Of a stretch of 64,000 nucleotides of DNA, positions 1 to 10,719 are shown in pieces. The translations under genes were made by a program, and so were the position numbers. This DNA is from Raillietiella orientalis (Eukaryota). How positions within the stretch are numbered: position 1 is the stretch's first letter; every line of letters begins with the position of its first letter. The notes under the pieces are model-generated. The model worked only from the letters and a program-made list of their open reading frames with translations. It did not search any database and was not told where the DNA came from. The stretch lies in contig JAYWIR010000020.1 of assembly GCA_036172245.1 (NCBI GenBank), forward strand, positions 62,001 to 126,000, written 5' to 3'.

Positions 1-1139
1 AGGGGAGCGTTCCGGCTGGACTGGCAGTCCGTGCGAGGAAGCAGGAAATGGTGGTGGTGATGTAGATGCGAGGTGTAGATACACCGGGAGAATGCGTTGT
101 ACCGGGTGACCAAGGAAACTTTGAAAAGTCTTCTTCACACCGGAAGGCAACAAATCGGCGCCAGCCGCTACGAGTGCCACAACGTGAGCCTGCGAGCGGT
201 CGGAGAGCGTGTGGTGGGCAGCGACCTACCACCCGACACTCAGGATGACCTGCTGATGTTCGATCCTGGAGGCATCCTGGGTGGCACTAGATTGGCACAG
301 TGGACAGGCGGCAGCCAAAACGAGAGTCGCCAAGCATGCGGAGGCAGGGAAAACCAACTCCACATTCTCACGTACCCGACTCTGTCTGAAGACGGGAAGA
401 TGCTGAAGGCGGTGGCCGGCTTGCAGACTGGGACACCTATGGAGATCTTGGCGGGAATGTTTGAAAGGGATGAGTACATCTCCTGATACAATCCCATGGT
501 TCGCACCATCACCATGGTCCTCTTCATCGCGAGCATCGTGATAATAAGTGCAAAGTTGAGGAAAACTGGAGCGAGAGTGCCCGCCTTAAATATCGTGCAA
601 TTACTAATAAAAAGGGAAGTAGGGATAAGCAATTGCGTCAAGATACTCGGCTGGATGTACCGTTACGTCTTGCTGCTCAAGTGAGTGAACTGCCTTCCAA
701 TACCCAGTGACCCTATCCGAAAAAGATATAAACCGAATGCGACGTCATCAGGGAAATTTTTCCTCTCTTTTCTTTTTTCCGTCTTCTTTGGCTGCCGGGC
801 AAAAAGTCTTCGGCTTAGGCGACGCACGCAATTTGGGGATGTGCACAAGAAATCTTCGCTAGCAGATCTCCGCGCAAAAGAAGCTTTATGTCTCTCCCGT
901 CTGGATGGGGAAGCACTGGCTGCCACTGGAAATAAATACCCATCATACCTTGTGCCTTGCAGTCTTCAGTACCAATCTAGTAAGCCTTCTTTCGATTGCA
1001 TGAAGCTTTACAGGCCCGAATACGGATTTGGACTCCTTCGGAGTTTGCGTTTGCGAGTCGAACAGTTGGAAATACTCGCCGACTGCTAGCGAGCGATAAG
1101 CGGGCGTGGCCTTGAACAGGAAAAACCTCGGGAGCGTCG

Positions 1140-1495
1140 TGCCACATATATGTATGTTATTATGTGTACACATGATGTTATGGCTGTGGCACGCATGCTT
1201 GGTGTGACGGCGTTGCCAGATACATGCAAACGCATAGTGTTGCATATGCACGGCATCATAGTTTGGTTGAATGCATACGCATGGTACCGTTACGTGCGCG
1301 TAACAGTACCATGTGTTGTATACGCCTTGTGTTGTATACGCACTGTTACCCTGGCATCGAATCCCTACATGTACACGGTGGGCTGCTGTGTTATTATATG
1401 CATCCTTGATCTTATGCCGTTATACACGTGCATGCACATATAGTGTTACAGTGTTGTTATATTTATGCACACATTTCAAGTTGTGTGTGCACACC
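1140..1495. repeat. Low-complexity tract rich in alternating purine-pyrimidine runs and short palindromes (copy at about 11366-11720)
   Basis: Dense TGTA/TGCA/CATG/TACA runs, tgtgttgtatacgc twice, and the hairpin catggtac-c-gttacg-tgcg-cgtaac-a-gtaccatg at 1280-1313. Confidence 0.7.
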
Positions 1496-1988
1496 AACTC
1501 CGACGAAGCTCAAAAGAAACGCGGAAATTTCTATGCAAATGCGAAGCCGAAACGAGAAGAGGAAAGACGATTCATCAGAGGCTGTAGTCGGAAACCGTCG
1601 TCATCAGAGACTGAAATGGCCGAAAGGGAGGGATCGTTTCCCATCGTGCCCGGCAAACATTACAAAACAGAGCTGCTCGGCACGTGAGTTGCGGAATCCC
1701 AGACAGAGGCGGTCCAGGCTGAGGATTGCTCGGAAACAAAGTAAAAATGGCTTGGACACCGGGCTTGGTGTCTTCGGGGATCTCGTCTTAAGCACGACTC
1801 GCAACGGACGTGGGTCAGATCGCGCACGGTGGTACTGGTAGCGCTCTTCACTGAACTGGATTGTCGGCATTTCGTGCGAAGGATTGGAAATTGGGAAGAC
1901 TGCATCCAGGATCAGAAACAGCCATCGTTGTCAGGCGAAAACAAACTGTCGGAGCTCGGTCGCCCATACAACACGATTACTCCGGATT

Positions 1989-2907
1989 TTCTTTATTTTG
2001 GTTCGTGGAGTGAGCCTCAAGAGCCGGTCGCGTGCCTCGCGGCGCACGTGGCCCTTTTGAACACACTGTTTTGTTTCCACGCCTCTCCGCCTGAGGCAAG
2101 GGGGCGATGTTTTCTTCAGGATAGGGCTGGCTATGGATATGAATCCAGGAAGGGCTCGGTGTCCGTTTCCTCTCTCACCCTTGGGGGGATCGCACCTCCC
2201 ACCCTGGTTATCTCTCATTCTCTCCGGAGGGACCGTCCCTCCCCAATGGGGAGGGGCTGTCCTCTCCATTTCAATTTCTCTCATTTCAACTTCTCCGGAG
2301 AGTCATCCCCCTTGCGGGGGGTGGTCCTCTCCATTTCAACTTCTCCGAAGGGAACCCGCAAGGGAACCGCTCCTTTATTCACTCCTCTGAAGACAACCCC
2401 GAAGGGATGCTGCTTCCGAAACTCAGAAGGGGCGCTGCAGCTTCCCGCAGGGAATCGCTCTCGCTTGCTTCATTGTACACACTCTGTGAAGAGGCGACGA
2501 CTCGGAAGGGTAACCCCCGCTGAGGGGGGTCCGATCCATCGAACAACTAGGAGAGGAGCTTGCTTGGGCTCCTGCTCCATGTTCCTTCTCTTGCACTCTG
2601 TGAAGAGGCGACGACTCGGAGGGTCCCCCCCGCAACAGGGGGGATCCGCTCTCCGTTGCACGACCGGAGGAGGAACTCCCACTACTTGATTCCTGCAAGG
2701 ACGACTTCCATTGTTCCGGCCTCCATCAGGGGCCTCCGGCTTAAACGACCACCGGTGCCACGCCCGAATGTCATCGGCCAACCAGCGCCATTGCAGGAGA
2801 AACTCGGAACCCAACGACGCAGTGGCCTCAGTTTCTGCCGAAGTATTCGATCCCGCGACGCATGGTGCCACGCGCGGAGGCCTTAACCACAAAGCCTCCG
2901 ACGCGGG
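1989..2907 (-). mobile_element. Full-length tRNA-derived SINE-like element (919 bp) with 7 bp target-site duplication
   Basis: Flanked by ccggatt at 1982-1988 and 2908-2914; the paralogous arm has a single aatccgg (10873-10879) and no insert. The minus strand starts with a tRNA-like head (aggctttgtggttaagg...gggatcgaatac) and ends A-rich (aaaataaagaa). Homologous to 20450-21322. Confidence 0.85.
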
Positions 2908-2940
2908 CCGGATTGTACGAGCTTGAGCATGCTTTTCGTT

Positions 2941-3841
2941 AGATGAAACCATAAGGAAGGTCAGGCGGAAGGATATCGCCAGAACGAAGAATCCCTGAGC
3001 AGATGTTTGTGAGCGGAGGACTGACGATGTTCGCACAGAAGCGGTCTCTGAAATCGTGAAAATGGAGTTGCAAGATGACTTCACTTTCGTCGAATTGATG
3101 GCTGTTCTCTTGACACTTATCGTTGCCTTTTGAAGTTCTGTCTAATTGAGGTCTTCCTCTGTTGAGAAATCATCAAAGATTTCCGAAACAGTTAGTTGTC
3201 TGAAACACAAAGGAATGCTGAGAGAAAAAAGTTGCTTAATCACGGGGAAAGTGGTTGTCACAGCGCTTTAGATAACCAGTCTCGCATCATTATAGGGAAT
3301 CACACTGATGGTGGATCTCGCTCGTCGCTGAGATGAAGGCACATCTAGCAGACTGCAAGCCATCTCCTCGCTTTGCCTCCATACATTTGGAAACAGAGAC
3401 GGTGGTGGAACTTCGCGGCCTGTCGATAGCTGCATGAAAGCGGGGTCACGGTCTGAGAAAGGTTTCCTATCTTTAGGAAATTCAAGCGGGGAATAACGGA
3501 AATGGGAAACTGCCCCTTTGCTTGTCTGGACTCGTGCAGAGAACAGGGATTTCGTTGTCGAGGATCCACGCGATATTAAATTGCTGAACTACCTTCGGCC
3601 CGGCAGAAAATACGGAAGTCGAACAACTTCCATTTGAAACTTCCACAGCTGGTGATTCACTTGTTAGATAATCCAGACATCTTGATGATTCCTTATTTTG
3701 ACAGTACCTTTTAACGGATTGCCTTTGGCTCAGGATACTTGGCGCTCTCAGAAGCCAGGTCCAGGGGCACGGGCATTTCTCGGAACGTCAGCATGAGTGT
3801 CATGGCGCACAGTGTCAGCATCGAGTGAGGTCATCTTGCAA
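2941..3841 (+). repeat. 901 bp direct repeat, copy 1 (copy 2 at 9819-10719)
   Basis: Constant offset of 6878; ORFs 3345-3569 and 10223-10447 are identical; only one difference noticed (3820 a vs 10698 c). Confidence 0.97.
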
Positions 3842-5559
3842 TTGAGTCCCTTTATAGAAACGGGATTTCGAAAGCATTTTATTTCCAGCCTTTCCAGCTT
3901 GACGGACGCCCGCGCCTCTGGACCTGGCTTTCAGATCCACGAATCGCATCAGCTGATTAAAAATCATCATTCTGGAGCCGCGTCAGTCATCTTTCTATTC
4001 CTTGTTCGCAGTTAGCGCCTAGAGTCCTACAGTCTCTTATAGAGTCTCAGATCTATCGGTTATCGACTGCAGCATTTGCAATCTTAAGCAGAATGTTTCC
4101 ACGATCCTGCAGAAATGCAGTTGATGAAACCGAAAGTCGGCCATTCATCATGTAGCAAGTGAAGCGTTTAAATCCAATTCTCGCTTAGGAGTCTAATCTA
4201 AGAACGTCCAGCCATTATCTGTTTCCTTTGCTCACCCATATCGGTCGTTCTGTGAGGCACCAAGGGCGAAAAAATAAATGACTCTCCGTTCAGCAATTCA
4301 GGAGAACGAACACACCTCTATTTTTCTTTGCTGGGATCTTCGATCGAAAATGCACCTCTATAATATGGATTCAGTTTTGATCCACGTTTTCCACCCTTGC
4401 AAGTAGCATCTGTGCTTGATCGAATTCAATCCTTGCAATGATCCGATCTGTAGTGACCTTTGCCTGATGGCATGGATTCTCGGTCCAAAGAAAAGGCGGT
4501 CACTTCCCGTGATCTCCAAACGTTCCGTCGCTTCGTGTCCCGACAGCTTGGTCTTGCAAGCGTCATCCCTCTCCTAAGTGGCTTTTGCTGTTTCTTCCAT
4601 TCATCTGGTGCCAACCTCAATCGCCCTTGTTGTTCGTGATGGGAGGTTGCTCTTGGTCTGCTACTCGAGCAGCATCTTCTCCGGGTGCTATATCGCATAT
4701 GATCATCGTTTCCATCAGCCATCAGTGTGAGATTTCAAGTCCGCTATTTTCTGAATCCTTGCGGATTTTCGGCATACTCTAGGGAGGAACGCCAACGGAG
4801 GTTTCCAAAGTAATCAAAAGCGAAATCCGACTTTTCCTCTTCCAGCATTTATGTGGATCTCAGGTGAGACTACAAGAGGTATTCCATTTCCTTTCCTTTT
4901 TTTTTTCCCCTTCCTCGAATGCTGTGAGCAAGTTGCCACTGGCTATGACGCTCACTTCAGATTTCCAATTCTCCTATCCTTCCCAACGCCACGGCGAGCT
5001 TTCCATGCTAAAATGGTTTGACTCAGCAGTTGCTCCACTCTTAGCTGATGGAATTTTGTTAAGAGTGACGTTCCGTGCTTCTAAATTGGGGTCTCATGTT
5101 TCCTTCCACCTGGATCTTCCCTCCCAAGTCCACCCCTAATTTCTGAAAGCTTGGGCTTTTTTTTTGCCCTCGCCCGTATCTCAGATGCTTTCCTGTTGGA
5201 TCTTCGTCCCTTTACTCTTCCAGAAATCTCCGTGGTAGTTCAAAGCAAGCCGTTTGTTCTCAGATATTCTTGTTCGGAGCGTTTTGCGAGTTCGCAGCGG
5301 GAAGCGGCATCCTTTGCTGGGAGTGTTTCCAGGTTATAGCTGACGAACTAAGGATAGCATTTGGCATCCGTGGTGAAGGCATCTGGAATGGTGGGTATTG
5401 GGTATTTGCTGGTTGATGTGCTGGTTGTTTCGAAAGCAAATCGTGAACAGGATTTCCGCTCTTCACACTAATCTTTCCAGAAGGGAAGAGCTTCAAGATT
5501 TGTCGACTTCTCGGAAGTTCACGTCTCCTCGTGAAAATGAGTGAAGAACTCCAGGGCAG

Positions 5560-6800
5560 AGTAACGTTTTCCAGGACAGGGATCCTTCGTATGACACTCT
5601 TCTTGCTTCTTACAGCTGACTCTGAATGCTGGCGATCTCCCTGACGACTTCTTCTTATGGTAAGTCAGGCTGCCACCAGCCGCCTTCATCAAGGCGGCAG
5701 CCATGTGGATGGCCTCTCCTCGCTGGGAACGAGACTCCATCACGCAGCTGTCACTGTGGTGCGGATGCAGCATTTCGTGGCGATGACGGCGCCTGCCGTC
5801 AGCCCGTCTTCCGTGAAAAATCGCTGCAGCAAGTCCGCAGCGGTGTCCTGCGGATGGTGGAGGATCGAGGCTGGTCTCCACCGAATGTCCGCCAGGGCAC
5901 TGCAGTGTAACAAGAGATACGGGAACTCCTTCATCGCTCCGCATCTCAAACAGCTCAGGGAAGCAACTCCCCTGAAACCAGATGTCTTCGCTGGTTGTAC
6001 CGGAATCATGTAAAAACATCTCGTTTCTCGTTCCCAATGCAACGGGAGCACCGTAGTGTCAGTACACGAGGGAAAGACCACAAGGGCAAAACAAGGGCAA
6101 AGTTCTTCAAGGGCAAAACAAGCAGATCACTTCCTGAAGAAGTCCCTTTTCCCGGTACGAGGAGAGTGGCCGTCCACCAATTCTCTCGTCTTGCAGACGT
6201 CCAGTAGTTTCTCGACTCCAGCCATTTTGCAGGACTTCCACCCCACTGGTTGGCTGCTATCATAGCTTCATCTGAGGGCAGATAGTGCTGCCGAAAGGGG
6301 TGTGACGGCCATCCAGAATCACTGAGTTCAGTCCTGCGGGATATCTTCCAGCATCTTGCAGAGGAGTTTCCTTAGAGGACGAGTTCCTCTGAGCTCACTT
6401 CCAGATTGGCAACCCAAGACTCCATTGCTTCCTGCAGCCAGACATTCCAGTTTTGGGGGAGGCAGGAGATCCAAGGCTGGAACATCAACAATAAAGGCAG
6501 TTGCCACAGAGAGAAGATGGGACGACAAAAGTGTTCCGGATGGAAGTCCGCTTAGGCAAGACCAACTTGCCGTCGAGGAACGGGCCGGAAGCCATCTCAG
6601 ACTACTGAAAGCAGAGGTCGTTGGTAGCAACCAAAGTCTGTACGCTAGAATAATCTTCATCATGTAGAAGAACATTCTAGCGCTTGCTTCACAGAAGTGA
6701 AAACGGGAAGAGTGGTTGCTGGTGCTGACTTCATGCGCCAAATGTGAGAACGTTCCATTGATATCTCTCGTTCCGGTTGGCGTTTCCATTAAGACAAACA
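5560..6800 (-). mobile_element. Decayed 3' part of a LINE ORF2 (RT thumb and C-terminal cysteine-rich zf-RVT-like region)
   Basis: Minus-strand translation gives SCLRCGAMKEFPYLLLHCSAL (CxxC...HLLxxC-like) and KIILAYRLWLL...CLAAGSNGVLG. Peptide-level similarity to 27343-27744 on -. Confidence 0.55.
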
Positions 6801-8704
6801 GGAATCCGGCTTGGAGCTGACCTCATCACTGCACGAAGGGATGGTCGAGTTTTTGCAGGAGCTGAATTGAAGTGTGCAGTTGAAGTTTTGACCCTTGAGC
6901 TTAAAAAAGAAACGAAAAATCGACAGCGCGATGTCATTTAACGCATGTGTAGCTACCTTCTACACTCTTGGATTGTTTGCCACTGATCATGAGATGCATG
7001 TGTTGGGGAAGCAGCGCCTCCATCTGGCTGTACCTTCAGCCGAAACCGGATCTATCGATCAGTAACAACAGCACCTGACGTTGCTGATGGACGCAACCAT
7101 TTTTCCAATTTGGTTTTCCCGTTTTAGAAAGGAAATGTCCATCCTCCATGGTCGGAATGCTACGAAACTGGTCTTCTGCCGCAGCTGATGCGGTTGCGCG
7201 ATCATTGACGCGCGGCCGTGAGCGCAGCGTCAACGCCTGGACCGCATCGTCCTGTGCGGACAACGCAAAAGAGAAATGCGGCATGAGGAAACGTATGGAC
7301 ATTGAGCGCCGGGAACAGAGAGGTACAGACACGGCGCGCTGTCTCTCGAGGTGGCAAATGACATTTAGAAAGGAGTGCTGGGAATGAAGACGACCAGGGT
7401 GTACTCAAGAAAGCCTTGAATCGAAGGCGGTTCCGATGCAACCTGAAAATCCAAAATCGTCCGGAGATGATACGATCATTCGAAGAGAGGAAGAAGGGTG
7501 CTGAGAAATTCATGGGAACAAAAAAAAGAAATAACAGGATGAAAGATGCGCTAGATTGCCCCGATATCTATCTCCAGCGCATCTCTCCCTCCTACGTGTG
7601 TTACAAACCCCTTCTGACCACTCGATGTTTCTTGTGCTGCATGAGCATCCAGCAGTTTTTGCGTACAGATGGATACTGATAAATTTGCACGATTGCATCT
7701 AACGTTCTTTGATGTATTACTTTATAGAATGCTGTTGTTGTGAGACAGGAGGTCCTCCTGATTTAGCGCATCATGTAACGGCCGCCACAATAGAGATCTG
7801 GATGCAGAAGACAGGCATTAGGGAATTGATTGTACGAAACCAACAGACCGCAGCCCTCCCATAGTAAGCACAGGAAATCTTATTGACTTCAAATACCATC
7901 GGCATTGAACTGAATCGTTTTTATGGGGAAGGGTAAAAGAAATTCACGATTTACACGCACCAAATCAAGAAAAGGGAATTGTCCTCCAAGACACATTTCA
8001 AAGGGAATACTCTTGTGAACTCTCGGGAATTTCTGCTCAGACCTAGTCCTTCTCTCGTATTCCTCTCCAGCAGTCCGTCCCAGCATCCTAGTGCTTGCTT
8101 GGACCAGCGGCGTCCCGAGTTTCCCTGTCCGAGTTGTCGTCCATGTCTTCCGCTCCCTGTGGGGGATCCTAGCCCCGCTTCAACCATGTGCTTCCGAACA
8201 AGAGCTGGTCCAGGACCTCAGGAGGATGCCAAAGAATGCTCGAAATTCACAGAGAGCGACCGTGCACGTTAGGAAAAGCGCGGCACAAACGCTTGAGCGC
8301 GGTAGCCGAGCAGCCCGCTGGCTCCAACTTTCCAAAGGCATTTTCTTTTCGTACCAGGGAGGAACGCCCTTTCCAGTCGTAAAGATGGGATGCTAAATCC
8401 ATGGTCTTCGGACTCGAGAGGCGGAGCGCCCTCTGATTATGCATCTCCTCATGAGCGTTTTCATGCGCTTAAGAGTGCTAGCAAGGATGATTCTGTATTA
8501 CCGAGGATGCGGGAGATTAACAGACGTGGAGCAGAGTTTCCTTGCTTTGTTCAGACTCCCTGCTTCTGAGAGTCCCCGAGCCTTTTCCGAGTCAAGGAGT
8601 CGGCGCCGATCATCCTAGGATAATTGGCCAACGTCTGTTCTCGGTGACCCATGGGATCCTCGCAGGATGTAACCCCTGACCATACATCGCCCTCCCTCCT
8701 TTTC

Positions 8705-9420
8705 TCGAGACGTCGGCAGCCATGTGGCTGCGGTCTCCGCGCGTAGTACCAAGCGTGGAGGGTACGAATTCCCACGTGGAGGATCAACACCGAAAATGGG
8801 GAAAGGTGCGTCGTGGGTTTCGAGTTCCCCTCCCCTTTGCAAGAGGACGCTGTTTGCCCTGTGTAGGCTTCGGGTGAGCCACTGATGGAAGACAGAGTCC
8901 CCTGGATGTCCCCGCTGACTAACCGGGATTGGAAGTCGAGCTTCCGAAGTCCCTTCCAGGATTCAAGGAGACGGTTCTCTTCAGGGTTCCCCTCTGGCTG
9001 TGAAAATGGATCCGTCTTCCCTCCCCTCATGGGGGTAGGACGCTCAATCGCGTGCCATGGAGCTTGGTTGACCTCTCCAGAGTGTCAAGAAGTGCATCTC
9101 TCCCTTCGAGTAACAGAGCCCCCAGGAGAAATTGTGAAGCGTCCCTTCGAGATTTTCTTCAGTGCAGCAAATGAGGAGCCGTTCCCTCGCGGGTTCCCTC
9201 CGGAGAAGAAATTCCAAAAGCAGCCCCACCGGGAGATTTCTTTGCAGAGAATAAGGAAGTGGTTCCCTTCGGGGTTCCCACACAAGCGCAAGAGGAACGG
9301 ACTGCTTCCTCCGGGGCCCTTCCTGGATTCAAAGGGTGGCTCCCTCCCAAGGTTTCCCCTATCAGTTGAACGAACACTTTTGTCTCCCCCTCTCCTCCGC
9401 CCTTTGTGTTATGTTCGCTC
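8705..9420 (+). mobile_element. Diverged copy of the tRNA-headed SINE-like family
   Basis: Head cgtcggcagccatgtggctgcggtctccgcgcgtagtacc resembles the other heads. Body blocks (gagccgttccctcgcgggttccctccggagaagaaattcc; ttcctggattcaaagggtgg) match 20941-21180. Confidence 0.65.
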
Positions 9421-9818
9421 GCCCCCTCACTCGATGAAGAGCACCGGCAGCAGCACCTCCTTCGTAAATCACTGTGGAGCCTGCAAGGTTCAGGACCCAC
9501 CTGAAAGACTTGGTGTCTCCGCGCCAGGATGCTGGCTTGGTATCCTGATCTATCAGAAGGTGGAACTGCCGTTAATAAGAGCGTTTTTTCCTTCTTCTTC
9601 AAACATCCAAGTACAGCTAGAATCATGGAGTGATCCAAAAATGGCAGTATGCTTTCTGTGTTGGTTCTTTCGACAGCGTGGTTTCGCGCTCGTTCCCAGG
9701 CTTCCGCCTAATTTAGAAACCGAACACCTGCTCCTGGTTTTAAATGGTGATGGATTTAAGGACTATGGATTGTACGAGCATGACGCGTTCTTTGAGAATT
9801 GGGAACCTGCTGTTCTTG

Positions 9819-10719
9819 AGATGAAACCATAAGGAAGGTCAGGCGGAAGGATATCGCCAGAACGAAGAATCCCTGAGCAGATGTTTGTGAGCGGAGGACT
9901 GACGATGTTCGCACAGAAGCGGTCTCTGAAATCGTGAAAATGGAGTTGCAAGATGACTTCACTTTCGTCGAATTGATGGCTGTTCTCTTGACACTTATCG
10001 TTGCCTTTTGAAGTTCTGTCTAATTGAGGTCTTCCTCTGTTGAGAAATCATCAAAGATTTCCGAAACAGTTAGTTGTCTGAAACACAAAGGAATGCTGAG
10101 AGAAAAAAGTTGCTTAATCACGGGGAAAGTGGTTGTCACAGCGCTTTAGATAACCAGTCTCGCATCATTATAGGGAATCACACTGATGGTGGATCTCGCT
10201 CGTCGCTGAGATGAAGGCACATCTAGCAGACTGCAAGCCATCTCCTCGCTTTGCCTCCATACATTTGGAAACAGAGACGGTGGTGGAACTTCGCGGCCTG
10301 TCGATAGCTGCATGAAAGCGGGGTCACGGTCTGAGAAAGGTTTCCTATCTTTAGGAAATTCAAGCGGGGAATAACGGAAATGGGAAACTGCCCCTTTGCT
10401 TGTCTGGACTCGTGCAGAGAACAGGGATTTCGTTGTCGAGGATCCACGCGATATTAAATTGCTGAACTACCTTCGGCCCGGCAGAAAATACGGAAGTCGA
10501 ACAACTTCCATTTGAAACTTCCACAGCTGGTGATTCACTTGTTAGATAATCCAGACATCTTGATGATTCCTTATTTTGACAGTACCTTTTAACGGATTGC
10601 CTTTGGCTCAGGATACTTGGCGCTCTCAGAAGCCAGGTCCAGGGGCACGGGCATTTCTCGGAACGTCAGCATGAGTGTCATGGCGCACAGTGTCAGCCTC
10701 GAGTGAGGTCATCTTGCAA
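9819..10719 (+). repeat. 901 bp direct repeat, copy 2; its first 145 bp (9819-9963) also form an inverted repeat with 10702-10846
   Basis: Direct comparison with 2941-3841; 738 bp spacer between the local arms. Confidence 0.97.

Larger units (their letters stand above)
1..3085 (+). repeat. Left arm of a large inverted repeat (partner 10702-12859), interrupted by a SINE-like insertion at 1989-2907; runs off the window start
   Basis: Position i pairs with about 12860-i; ORF 97-486 is identical to ORF 12374-12763 on -. Only scattered substitutions (e.g. TAG vs TCG at about 1087) and a 1 bp indel near 1417 were seen. Confidence 0.97.
60..3950 (+). mobile_element. Heavily decayed non-LTR retrotransposon (L1/Tx1-like) relic underlying the duplicated segment
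   Basis: By-eye degenerate motifs in the expected order: endonuclease-like VLVALFTE...SLSGEN (about 1830-1945), WSCKMTSL resembling WKLNxSLL (about 3063) and RT-entry-like WRTVSASSEVILQL resembling WRPISLL (about 3803-3845). Many stops; no database support. Confidence 0.3.

Noticed and set aside
2941..10719. LTR retrotransposon (901 bp direct repeats around 6 kb)
   Set aside because: No TSD, primer-binding site, polypurine tract or gag/pol; the repeats are part of the wider inverted rearrangement.
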